Source of the DNA: Eledone cirrhosa
Lineage: Eukaryota
Length of the DNA stretch: 64,000 nt
Reading direction: 5' to 3'
Assembly (NCBI GenBank): GCA_964016885.1
Contig: OZ024741.1
Coordinates: forward strand, 193,874,001-193,938,000
A model generated the notes under the pieces. That model made no database searches. It saw only the letters and a program-made list of their open reading frames with translations, and was not told where the DNA came from. The stretch's first letter is position 1; each line of letters opens with the position of its first letter. Both the position numbers and the translations under genes were made by a program. Below, piece by piece: positions 40,373-53,429 of the stretch.

Positions 40373-40611
40373 TAAAATAACAGATTAAAGTTTAAGCAAA
40401 GAATCGCTGCTTTCACCCTTAACGGGATCTTCTGAAACTCCCGTTAAGGGATCTTCAGAAGATCCCGTTAAGGGTGAAAGCAGCGATTCTTTGCTTAAAC
40501 TTTAATCTGTTATTTTAATAAATATTTGCTCTCTCTACGGTTCTTATATATTTGATATATATTTTCCTTATCGAGCCCTCTTTGGATTTTAGTCTTCAAT
40601 TTTATTATTAT

Positions 40612-40671
<60 letters not shown>

Positions 40672-40674
<3 letters not shown>

Positions 40675-41466
40675 CGAATCTTCACTGTGTGGATGATTAG
40701 TTTAACCACCATCTCAGTGTTTGACCTTTAACGTAAGTTGTAAGCCCTAATTCATTTGAATTATAGAGCGTTTGCCTCACAACTCGAAAGTGTTTCTCGT
40801 TAATTCATGGGCTGAAATTCGATTCTCGCTAATTTTTACTTGTATTAATCTCCAGAGTTTAGCTATTGGCCAGTTAATTTTATTGACTGGTTTTGGTCTA
40901 TTCTATTGACTGCCGAATAGCTTTGTTATATTTAACCACTCTGTCGAGAGCTTTATTCGATTTGTGATATTTTGCATTTTCGCAATATTACACACAACAG
41001 AATTCAATCGCCTAATATAGGTGTTGCCTCCCTTGCTGAACCCCATGTGGGGTCAGTTACAGACACATCTATATGGACTTTCGAACTGAATCCCGTTGAC
41101 AACGCGTACTCCTAGTTCAGTCAGGATACAAGAAACTTAACATCCTTTATGTAAGTGGACAGTAAATGACTTATGGAGCCGCAGAAACCCCAACACTGGA
41201 CTTAACCATCATTCCAGGGGTCCGGGTAAGTCTCAAACATTTATATTTTCATATATTTTTATATCTGTATATCTGTTTGACCCGAAATAGGAGATCGAAT
41301 CTTCGCTGTGTGGATGATTAGTTTAACCACCATCTCAGTGTGTTTGGCCTTTAATGTAAGTTGTAAGCTCTAATTCATTTGAATTATAGAGCGCTTGCCT
41401 CACAACTCGAAAGTGTTTCTCGTTAATTCATGGGCTGAAATTCGATTCTCGCTAATTTTTACTTAT
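40672..41466. repeat. (TA)n-flanked element with ~170-bp terminal direct repeats
   Basis: 40672-40842 repeated at 41293-41465. Confidence 0.75.
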
Positions 41467-41534
41467 ATATATATATATATATAGTAAATTGGTGAGGAAT
41501 AACGTGGATCGGCTGTACAATAGGGTTTATTCAA

Positions 41535-41645
41535 AGTATTAACACGTGTTTCATTAATCCGGTGTGTCTAAAAATCGCTGATCGCCAGAAGCTATGTCAC
41601 TCGATTTTAATTACAGTCGATACCCGACCAAATCATCAGAATACT
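41535..41645 (-). ncRNA. Type-I hammerhead motif with 80-nt helix II domain
   Basis: Minus strand: agtatt CTGATGA tttggtcgg...ccggattaat GAAAC acgt GTT aatact. Confidence 0.7.
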
Positions 41646-41986
41646 GATCTATGTACATGATACAGTGCGCTAGTATTTATAGATATATGGGAGAATAACA
41701 TGAATGAAAACAATAATAATAATAATAATAATAGGGGGAGAACAGTGATGAGAGGGATACTGGGATAGAGGCGTAAAATAGTAACAACAATAATAACAAC
41801 ATGGAAAAAGTAGAAGTGGTATGAAGAGATGATATGATAAGGGAAATATTTAAGGTAATTTGACAGTGTAATAAAATGGGATGGGATGAGATGACGGGAT
41901 AATGACGACAGTCAAATATAGTGGGGGGGGGGGGTGAGTTAAATAGATGAAACAGCAAAATATAAAATAAAAAGATAATGATAAGA

Positions 41987-42605
41987 GACGGTTGCCGGTC
42001 AAGCAGAAATTGAAAATTAGAATTGGTGCTCTGAAATAGTGATATATATATATGAATGTATATATAGTGTATTTTGCAATACACTGTATGCTTAATTAAA
42101 AGCATTTCGAAGACCTTACGCTATTGTTTTAGAGCAGTGACAGTCTCACTTACTTTAATTTTCAGGAAACAGGGGAGATAAAGCTGACAGAGTTTTCTTT
42201 AATTAAGCATACAGTGCATTGCAAAATACACTATATATACATTCATATATATATCGCTATTTCAGAGCGCCAATTCCAATTTTCAATTTCTGCTTGACCG
42301 GGAACCGCTCTGTATAATCAGTTCCTGATTATTACTAGAATTCTATAAGAATCAAACATTCATGATTTTCAGCAAACAGGTGGAGTAGTTAGCTTTGTTA
42401 AGCACCAAAAAGTGCGAAACAGAGCTCTGTCAGCTTTATCTCCCCTGTTTGCTGAAAATTAAAGTAAGTGAGACTGTCACTACTCTAAAACAATAGCGTA
42501 AGGTCTTCGAAATGCTTTTAATTAAGCATACAGTGTATTGCAAAATACACTATATATACATTCATATATATATCACTATTTCAGAGCACCAATTCTAATT
42601 TTCAA
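41987..42605. repeat. Diverged ~319-bp relative of the array: ~1.3 plus-strand units (42195-42605) and an inverted partial copy (41987-42192)
   Basis: aattaagcatacagtg recurs at 42201 and 42520. Shares ccgctc..cagttcctg..ttctataag and cgctatttcagagc with the array minus strand. HHR-like fold at 42365-42459. Confidence 0.8.
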
Positions 42606-42606
42606 T

Positions 42607-42734
<128 letters not shown>

Positions 42735-43105
42735 AGATAAACCACAGTAGAAAATGCTAGAGGGATTTTTTTCAGAAATAACATCAAAACATTTATTTAC
42801 AAAATAGGGATTTAATTGTACCAATTTTAGCTTTATATGCTTTTTCAACGACGGAAGTGTATAGTGCAGTTAAATTGCATATTAATATATATATATAGTG
42901 AAACTCATATAAAAGAGAACAAATACCGAAAAAATTATGTGTGTGTGTGTAAAATATGTTTAGAGTGAGAGAGAGAGAGAAGGGGAGAGGAAGAGAGACA
43001 TAGCATGTGGGTGTGTATGAATAATGTTTAGAATGTCAAAATGGCAAGAATATTTAATGTTAATCACAAAGAAAACATGTTAATCTTACCTTATATAATA
43101 TATAC

Positions 43106-43137
<32 letters not shown>

Positions 43138-43178
43138 ACAAAAGGAAACGTTAAGGGATACATTTTGTCCATTTGTCT

Positions 43179-43490
43179 CTAGCCACGTTTGTGAATCGTC
43201 TCATCGCGTTCATTTTCAGCATCATCGGAACTTGGCTTCATCGCTTTAATAGCAATGAGCGTTGGATCCCAGAATTTGTAGTAATAAATCGCTAACGCCA
43301 CTGCCAAAAGACAAACCATGGCTACATAGATAACGACAACCAGAAGTTTGCCAATCATTACGGAATATCCGGTCCCTTTCTTAGATTTTTCCTTTGGCGA
43401 TGTTTCGTGTTCGTTCGTATCAACACCGTCCGTTGCTTCATTTAGATTTTTAGCTGTACGAGAGCGTATTTCAGGACCGTTTGCTGACAT
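43179..43490 (-). CDS. inaF: InaF-motif (TRP-interacting helix) small single-pass membrane protein, 103 aa
   Basis: Non-repetitive ORF with Kozak-like ccaacATG. Basic stretch, then KLLVVVIYVAMVCLLAVALAIYYYKFWDP, resembling the InaF motif (..Y...V.L.A..LAIYY...W.P). Candidate splice acceptor tcttgctag ~25 nt upstream (AG at 43516-43517). Confidence 0.7.
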   Translation of the reverse strand: MSANGPEIRSRTAKNLNEATDGVDTNEHETSPKEKSKKGTGYSVMIGKLLVVVIYVAMVCLLAVALAIYYYKFWDPTLIAIKAMKPSSDDAENERDETIHKRG

Positions 43491-43965
43491 GTTGGTTTCT
43501 TTTCTGGCGTGTCAACTAGCAAGATTATCGATATTTAGATATATATATATATGCGTATAATACATATGTTACTGTATTGAATTGTACTATATTGTGTCGA
43601 ATGTTATGTTATAAATGTTGCCCCCCTAAAATACATTGTATTTCACAATACGACATCATATTGTATTTTATTGTATGATAACATGTCAAATCATATTGTA
43701 TTATAATATATATTATTATAATATATTGTATTGTAAGTTATTAAATTACGTTATAACATATGATGTATGTTGTTATGTTAAATTCTGTTTTATTGCATGT
43801 TGTTATGCTTGTTATGTTTTCTTGTTATATGTTTCTATGGTATACTAGTATGTTATCTTACATTGTGTTAAAAATTTATGTATGTATGCATGCGTGTGTG
43901 TATATATATATATATAAATTGACACTTCGGTGTTTTCTAATCTTCATATATATATATATATATAT

Positions 43966-46900
43966 GAATATAGACATAGAATATTCGAAAATATTCTGTA
44001 TGTTTATAATAAACATTTTGAAGACCTAATCGCTATAGAATAGAATACGTCACGTATTACAATTAGATTCTCGATAAAAGCAAGGGAAGTAATCTACGCG
44101 TTTCATTCTTGTTAGAAATCATCAGGACCACATATCCAGTGCTTTTATCGAGAATGACACAGCCAGAGACTTATAGAATACTTAGCTGTGTACAGGAACT
44201 GGTTTGAAAGAGCGGTTGCCGGTCCGGCAGAAATTAGAAATTGGAATAAATGCTCTGAAATAGCGATATATATGTGAATATAGACATAGAATATTCGAAA
44301 ATATTCTGTATGTTTATAATAAACATTTTGAAGACCTAATCGCTATAGAATAGAATACGTCACGTATTACAATTAGATTCTCGATAAAAGCAAGGGAAGT
44401 AATCTACGCGTTTCATTCTTGTTAGAAATCATCAGGACCACATATCCAGTGCTTTTATCGAGAATGACACAGCCAGAGACTTATAGAATACTTAGCTGTG
44501 TACAGGAACTGGTTTGAAAGAGCGGTTGCCGGTCCGGCAGAAATTAGAAATTGGAATAAATGCTCTGAAATAGCGATATATATGTGAATATAGACATAGA
44601 ATATTCGAAAATATTCTGTATGTTTATAATAAACATTTTGAAGACCTAATCGCTATAGAATAGAATACGTCACGTATTACAATTAGATTCTCGATAAAAG
44701 CAAGGGAAGTAATCTACGCGTTTCATTCTTGTTAGAAATCATCAGGACCACATATCCAGTGCTTTTATCGAGAATGACACAGCCAGAGACTTATAGAATA
44801 CTTAGCTGTGTACAGGAACTGGTTTGAAAGAGCGGTTGCCGGTCCGGCAGAAATTAGAAATTGGAATAAATGCTCTGAAATAGCGATATATATGTGAATA
44901 TAGACATAGAATATTCGAAAATATTCTGTATGTTTATAATAAACATTTTGAAGACCTAATCGCTATAGAATAGAATACGTCACGTATTACAATTAGATTC
45001 TCGATAAAAGCAAGGGAAGTAATCTACGCGTTTCATTCTTGTTAGAAATCATCAGGACCACATATCCAGTGCTTTTATCGAGAATGACACAGCCAGAGAC
45101 TTATAGAATACTTAGCTGTGTACAGGAACTGGTTTGAAAGAGCGGTTGCCGGTCCGGCAGAAATTAGAAATTGGAATAAATGCTCTGAAATAGCGATATA
45201 TATGTGAATATAGACATAGAATATTCGAAAATATTCTGTATGTTTATAATAAACATTTTGAAGACCTAATCGCTATAGAATAGAATACGTCACGTATTAC
45301 AATTAGATTCTCGATAAAAGCAAGGGAAGTAATCTACGCGTTTCATTCTTGTTAGAAATCATCAGGACCACATATCCAGTGCTTTTATCGAGAATGACAC
45401 AGCCAGAGACTTATAGAATACTTAGCTGTGTACAGGAACTGGTTTGAAAGAGCGGTTGCCGGTCCGGCAGAAATTAGAAATTGGAATAAATGCTCTGAAA
45501 TAGCGATATATATGTGAATATAGACATAGAATATTCGAAAATATTCTGTATGTTTATAATAAACATTTTGAAGACCTAATCGCTATAGAATAGAATACGT
45601 CACGTATTACAATTAGATTCTCGATAAAAGCAAGGGAAGTAATCTACGCGTTTCATTCTTGTTAGAAATCATCAGGACCACATATCCAGTGCTTTTATCG
45701 AGAATGACACAGCCAGAGACTTATAGAATACTTAGCTGCGTACAGGAACTGGTTTGAAAGAGCGGTTGCCGGTCCGGCAGAAATTAGAAATTGGAATAAA
45801 TGCTCTGAAATAGCGATATATATGTGAATATAGACATAGAATATTCGAAAATATTCTGTATGTTTATAATAAACATTTTGAAGACCTAATCGCTATAGAA
45901 TAGAATACGTCACGTATTACAATTAGATTCTCGATAAAAGCAAGGGAAGTAATCTACGCGTTTCATTCTTGTTAGAAATCATCAGGACCACATATCCAGT
46001 GCTTTTATCGAGAATGACACAGCCAGAGACTTATAGAATACTTAGCTGTGTACAGGAACTGGTTTGAAAGAGCGGTTGCCGGTCCGGCAGAAATTAGAAA
46101 TTGGAATAAATGCTCTGAAATAGCGATATATATGTGAATATAGACATAGAATATTCGAAAATATTCTGTATGTTTATAATAAACATTTTGAAGACCTAAT
46201 CGCTATAGAATAGAATACGTCACGTATTACAATTAGATTCTCGATAAAAGCAAGGGAAGTAATCTACGCGTTTCATTCTTGTTAGAAATCATCAGGACCA
46301 CATATCCAGTGCTTTTATCGAGAATGACACAGCCAGAGACTTATAGAATACTTAGCTGTGTACAGGAACTGGTTTGAAAGAGCGGTTGCCGGTCCGGCAG
46401 AAATTAGAAATTGGAATAAATGCTCTGAAATAGCGATATATATGTGAATATAGACATAGAATATTCGAAAATATTCTGTATGTTTATAATAAACATTTTG
46501 AAGACCTAATCGCTATAGAATAGAATACGTCACGTATTACAATTAGATTCTCGATAAAAGCAAGGGAAGTAATCTACGCGTTTCATTCTTGTTAGAAATC
46601 ATCAGGACCACATATCCAGTGCTTTTATCGAGAATGACACAGCCAGAGACTTATAGAATACTTAGCTGTGTACAGGAACTGGTTTGAAAGAGCGGTTGCC
46701 GGTCCGGCAGAAATTAGAAATTGGAATAAATGCTCTGAAATAGCGATATATATGTGAATATAGACATAGAATATTCGAAAATATTCTGTATGTTTATAAT
46801 AAACATTTTGAAGACCTAATCGCTATAGAATAGAATACGTCACGTATTACAATTAGATTCTCGATAAAAGCAAGGGAAGTAATCTACGCGTTTCATTCTT

Positions 46901-49772
46901 GTTAGAAATCATCAGGACCACATATCCAGTGCTTTTATCGAGAATGACACAGCCAGAGACTTATAGAATACTTAGCTGTGTACAGGAACTGGTTTGAAAG
47001 AGCGGTTGCCGGTCCGGCAGAAATTAGAAATTGGAATAAATGCTCTGAAATAGCGATATATATGTGAATATAGACATAGAATATTCGAAAATATTCTGTA
47101 TGTTTATAATAAACATTTTGAAGACCTAATCGCTATAGAATAGAATACGTCACGTATTACAATTAGATTCTCGATAAAAGCAAGGGAAGTAATCTACGCG
47201 TTTCATTCTTGTTAGAAATCATCAGGACCACATATCCAGTGCTTTTATCGAGAATGACACAGCCAGAGACTTATAGAATACTTAGCTGTGTACAGGAACT
47301 GGTTTGAAAGAGCGGTTGCCGGTCCGGCAGAAATTAGAAATTGGAATAAATGCTCTGAAATAGCGATATATATGTGAATATAGACATAGAATATTCGAAA
47401 ATATTCTGTATGTTTATAATAAACATTTTGAAGACCTAATCGCTATAGAATAGAATACGTCACGTATTACAATTAGATTCTCGATAAAAGCAAGGGAAGT
47501 AATCTACGCGTTTCATTCTTGTTAGAAATCATCAGGACCACATATCCAGTGCTTTTATCGAGAATGACACAGCCAGAGACTTATAGAATACTTAGCTGTG
47601 TACAGGAACTGGTTTGAAAGAGCGGTTGCCGGTCCGGCAGAAATTAGAAATTGGAATAAATGCTCTGAAATAGCGATATATATGTGAATATAGACATAGA
47701 ATATTCGAAAATATTCTGTATGTTTATAATAAACATTTTGAAGACCTAATCGCTATAGAATAGAATACGTCACGTATTACAATTAGATTCTCGATAAAAG
47801 CAAGGGAAGTAATCTACGCGTTTCATTCTTGTTAGAAATCATCAGGACCACATATCCAGTGCTTTTATCGAGAATGACACAGCCAGAGACTTATAGAATA
47901 CTTAGCTGTGTACAGGAACTGGTTTGAAAGAGCGGTTGCCGGTCCGGCAGAAATTAGAAATTGGAATAAATGCTCTGAAATAGCGATATATATGTGAATA
48001 TAGACATAGAATATTCGAAAATATTCTGTATGTTTATAATAAACATTTTGAAGACCTAATCGCTATAGAATAGAATACGTCACGTATTACAATTAGATTC
48101 TCGATAAAAGCAAGGGAAGTAATCTACGCGTTTCATTCTTGTTAGAAATCATCAGGACCACATATCCAGTGCTTTTATCGAGAATGACACAGCCAGAGAC
48201 TTATAGAATACTTAGCTGTGTACAGGAACTGGTTTGAAAGAGCGGTTGCCGGTCCGGCAGAAATTAGAAATTGGAATAAATGCTCTGAAATAGCGATATA
48301 TATGTGAATATAGACATAGAATATTCGAAAATATTCTGTATGTTTATAATAAACATTTTGAAGACCTAATCGCTATAGAATAGAATACGTCACGTATTAC
48401 AATTAGATTCTCGATAAAAGCAAGGGAAGTAATCTACGCGTTTCATTCTTGTTAGAAATCATCAGGACCACATATCCAGTGCTTTTATCGAGAATGACAC
48501 AGCCAGAGACTTATAGAATACTTAGCTGTGTACAGGAACTGGTTTGAAAGAGCGGTTGCCGGTCCGGCAGAAATTAGAAATTGGAATAAATGCTCTGAAA
48601 TAGCGATATATATGTGAATATAGACATAGAATATTCGAAAATATTCTGTATGTTTATAATAAACATTTTGAAGACCTAATCGCTATAGAATAGAATACGT
48701 CACGTATTACAATTAGATTCCCGATAAAAGCAAGGGAAGTAATCTACGCGTTTCATTCTTGTTAGAAATCATCAGGACCACATATCCAGTGCTTTTATCG
48801 AGAATGACACAGCCAGAGACTTATAGAATACTTAGCTGTGTACAGGAACTGGTTTGAAAGAGCGGTTGCCGGTCCGGCAGAAATTAGAAATTGGAATAAA
48901 TGCTCTGAAATAGCGATATATATGTGAATATAGACATAGAATATTCGAAAATATTCTGTATGTTTATAATAAACATTTTGAAGACCTAATCGCTATAGAA
49001 TAGAATACGTCACGTATTACAATTAGATTCTCGATAAAAGCAAGGGAAGTAATCTACGCGTTTCATTCTTGTTAGAAATCATCAGGACCACATATCCAGT
49101 GCTTTTATCGAGAATGACACAGCCAGAGACTTATAGAATACTTAGCTGTGTACAGGAACTGGTTTGAAAGAGCGGTTGCCGGTCCGGCAGAAATTAGAAA
49201 TTGGAATAAATGCTCTGAAATAGCGATATATATGTGAATATAGACATAGAATATTCGAAAATATTCTGTATGTTTATAATAAACATTTTGAAGACCTAAT
49301 CGCTATAGAATAGAATACGTCACGTATTACAATTAGATTCTCGATAAAAGCAAGGGAAGTAATCTACGCGTTTCATTCTTGTTAGAAATCATCAGGACCA
49401 CATATCCAGTGCTTTTATCGAGAATGACACAGCCAGAGACTTATAGAATACTTAGCTGTGTACAGGAACTGGTTTGAAAGAGCGGTTGCCGGTCCGGCAG
49501 AAATTAGAAATTGGAATAAATGCTCTGAAATAGCGATATATATGTGAATATAGACATAGAATATTCGAAAATATTCTGTATGTTTATAATAAACATTTTG
49601 AAGACCTAATCGCTATAGAATAGAATACGTCACGTATTACAATTAGATTCTCGATAAAAGCAAGGGAAGTAATCTACGCGTTTCATTCTTGTTAGAAATC
49701 ATCAGGACCACATATCCAGTGCTTTTATCGAGAATGACACAGCCAGAGACTTATAGAATACTTAGCTGTGTA
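43966..49772 (-). repeat. 310-bp tandem array (18 full units + 1 partial), one hammerhead ribozyme per unit; candidate non-LTR retrozyme
   Basis: atattcgaaa at 43981, 44291 ... 49561 (period 310). Only two substitutions seen (45739, 48721). Confidence 0.95.
44067..44155 (-). ncRNA. Type-I hammerhead ribozyme of the array unit (repeats every 310 bp, 19 copies)
   Basis: Minus strand: attctcgataaaagca ctggatat gtggtc CTGATGA tttct aaca agaat GAAAC GC GTA gattac ttccct tgcttttatcgagaat. Predicted cleavage after GUA, between 44095 and 44094. Confidence 0.85.
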
Positions 49773-50117
49773 AAAATTAAAAGACACAAAAGTTTCAATA
49801 AGCTTTTAAACTAACACGTTTCAATCGATAGAGCTTCATCGCGAGGATGTGGAGTTACAAAATCAGAAATTTAAAAATTAAAAAAAAAATTTTTTTTCAA
49901 AAAAGTTATTATACAAATTTCCTTATGGTTTTGGATCTAGTGGAATATAATGTCAATAAGAAACGGGATATATATATATATATATATGATTGGGAGAGGA
50001 AATCGTGTATATATTTTATCAAATGATTCTATGGACATACTTTATTGTATATTGCTCAGATTGTTGATTATTTAATTAATTAATTCGTCATTGAGCCACA
50101 TCGTGAATAGTTGCAAA

Positions 50118-50176
<59 letters not shown>

Positions 50177-50403
50177 CTTTCTATAGTTTGTGTATATGTA
50201 AATCTTTATATTTGATAATCTCCCATATGGTTGAGATGCAATTTAGGCAATATTAGGCTGCGCTTTCTAGCAACCAGCCCACTCGCCGTAAGGCACCAAT
50301 CACATTCTTTCTGACTTGACCACTGCCACGTCACAGTTCTTAGCCATTTTGAATTCGTTTCTGGCGGGGATCATTTAAGAAAAATCTCCGTCCAAGTGAG
50401 TTT

Positions 50404-50485
50404 GTTTCCTGATGATTTCGAAGCTCGTGAATTGATCCTTGATCGGATATTTCTAAAAGCGAATGAAATCCCATGGGGTAGAAAC
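50404..50485 (+). ncRNA. Type-I hammerhead motif inside an element with ~65-bp terminal direct repeats (49987, 50724)
   Basis: gtttc CTGATGA tttcg...cgaat GAAA tcccatgggg TA gaaac. Confidence 0.7.
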
Positions 50486-50780
50486 GTAATTTTGGTATGT
50501 TTATATACATTTTTTCTTCTAACTTTGATTTTATACCTAATTGTGTATGGTTGACGATATATTTAATCGATTCCCACGTGCTATTGGAAATGCTGGGTAA
50601 ATATTCTATGGCTGTTGATCGCGAATAGATAGCTGTCGTTTATTTATCTATTATTTCTTCATTGGTGTCTTTTAATCTTATAGCCTGGTTTAATTGTTTT
50701 TTATTTTGTGTGGTTGATTATGCTGATTGGGAGAGGAAATGGTGTATATATTTTATCAAATGATTCTATGGACATACTTT

Positions 50781-50811
<31 letters not shown>

Positions 50812-50813
<2 letters not shown>

Positions 50814-51291
50814 GACGGGTAAAATTCCCGAGATCCATGGACGAGTTCTCTCCAGCGGTCTCTGTCCCTCATTATCACTGGCATGTCCTGCGTCTCCAAC
50901 AGACCAGTGTCTGTCCTTAGGGCATCAACATATGTTACTTTGGTCTTCCTCTTCCAGTATGTCCATGCAGGGGCTCCCACAGGACCACTGAGTGCAGTGT
51001 CAACTCTGAATCTCGGTAAGCATGTCCAGCTAACCTCAGTCTCCTCTGTGTCACTTTTGAGCTGACTTTTGGGAGGCTCCCATATAGCTCTGAGTTTTTC
51101 ATCCTCAGTGTATACTGATTAATGTTCAGAGCCATCCTCAGCATTCTTGTGTAGCACCCATCCACCATCTGAGTGAGTTTCTTGGTCAGTGTCCAAGTCT
51201 CAGACCCGTACAGCAGCACAGACTCCACTACAGCAATGAAGAGGCGGATCTTCTGGTCTTTACGAAGGTCCAACTTCCACACCGATTTCAA
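50812..51291 (-). mobile_element. RTE-clade LINE 3' fragment
   Basis: ESVLLYGSETWTL, RRLRLAGH, RGRPK; ends in (TA)n. Confidence 0.85.
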
Positions 51292-51816
51292 GCTTTATAT
51301 ATATTGGAAAATGTGTGAGATCCTTGGTACAGTTAGGTATATTCGAAAAAGAGGAAAAGAATGATTTCACTTGAAGTGTTAAAAAATTTTTGATTTAATT
51401 TTATAATTATAAAATTAAATTAAAAAATGTTTAACACTATAAGTGAAGTCATTCTTTTCCTTTTTTTTTTCAATTTTTTTTATATATATTATATATACAC
51501 ACTGTATATATCCTGTTTCTTATTGACGTTGTATACCACTAGATCCAAACTTTCCGTCAATAAGGACATAAAATAATGTGTGTGAAGACAACAGACTGGT
51601 GGTAAACACCCTTGATAATAATAATGATAATAATAATAATCGTTCTTTTTTATAATAACAATGACTACTACTACTATCACATTATACTACTACTACTATC
51701 ACATTATAATGAATTTTGTAAGAGAAAGTTGTCCTATTTAGTTTTCTTTTGATTTACTTAGTTGTTTGGACAACGAAGACGGTGATAATCAGTATATATA
51801 TATATATATATATATC

Positions 51817-52068
51817 ATCTTGATCACCTTGACCGACCAGTCTGTCGGGCGCCGATCGTCACAGCATGTCGTGCTGTTTTAGCCATAAGATAACGCCATC
51901 CCACTGGCTGGGCGGGCAGGCCGGTACTCATTTCTACAGCTGAGTAAACTGGAGCAACGTGAAATAAAGTGTCTTGCTCAAGGAAACAACACATCACCCG
52001 GTCCGAGAATTGAACTCACAAACTTTCGATTGCAAGCCCAATGCTATAACCACTAAGCCATGCGCCTT
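51817..52068 (-). mobile_element. tRNA-derived CORE-like SINE
   Basis: A-box tggcttagtgg, B-box gagttcaattc, core ccttgagcaagacacttt..ctcagctgtagaaatgagtacc. Confidence 0.75.
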
Positions 52069-52069
52069 C

Positions 52070-52785
<716 letters not shown>

Positions 52786-53361
52786 ATTTATACTCATGTG
52801 TGTGACAAAGGTAACAGCTGCGTACTTTCTTCGTGTTTTCTTCAAACACACCATTTCGAGACTATACTTTTACTGGTTTCTGACCTATATAGGTAATTTC
52901 TGGAAACAATCGATAATATCATCATCATTATCATCATCAATAACAACAACATTATCATTAGTGGAGTGGAGAGTATAAGGGACGATAGTCTGAAAACAAG
53001 TAAAGTCATAGAGTAATCTATTCTGGGGAAGTTTCAAGTCTGGCACTTTGGACAATGTCCAAAAGTCGTTGGCTTAGCAGTACCCTCCATCATCCTCTGT
53101 AAATTTCACGGTTTAATTAGAAACAGCAGCCAATTATTAAATATCAAATATTTTATCTATACGCTATGTATGTTTTGGTTATATCATTACTTATTTGCAT
53201 AGGGAACGCGTCCGCGAACCAAAGTATCGTCTTCCTGTCTTCCTCCGGTTGCAACGTTTTTTGAAATATCCACTTCTGCGTTTACAGATTGACTTTGTCA
53301 GTTTCAGAAGATCCCGTTAAGGGTGAAAGCAGCGATTCTTTGCTTAAACTTTAATCTGTTA

Positions 53362-53429
<68 letters not shown>

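Noticed and set aside
40672-41466. Possible twister, hammerhead or SECIS in the direct-repeat element
   Set aside because: Hairpins are present, but no catalytic core or GA quartet could be threaded
43966-49772. CRISPR array or coding tandem repeat
   Set aside because: Units are identical with no unique spacers, no cas genes, no ORF of 60 aa or more, and the context is eukaryotic
49812-49845. HHR-like remnant (cgatga..gaaacgtg) beside the array
   Set aside because: Core, helix II and cleavage triplet are all broken
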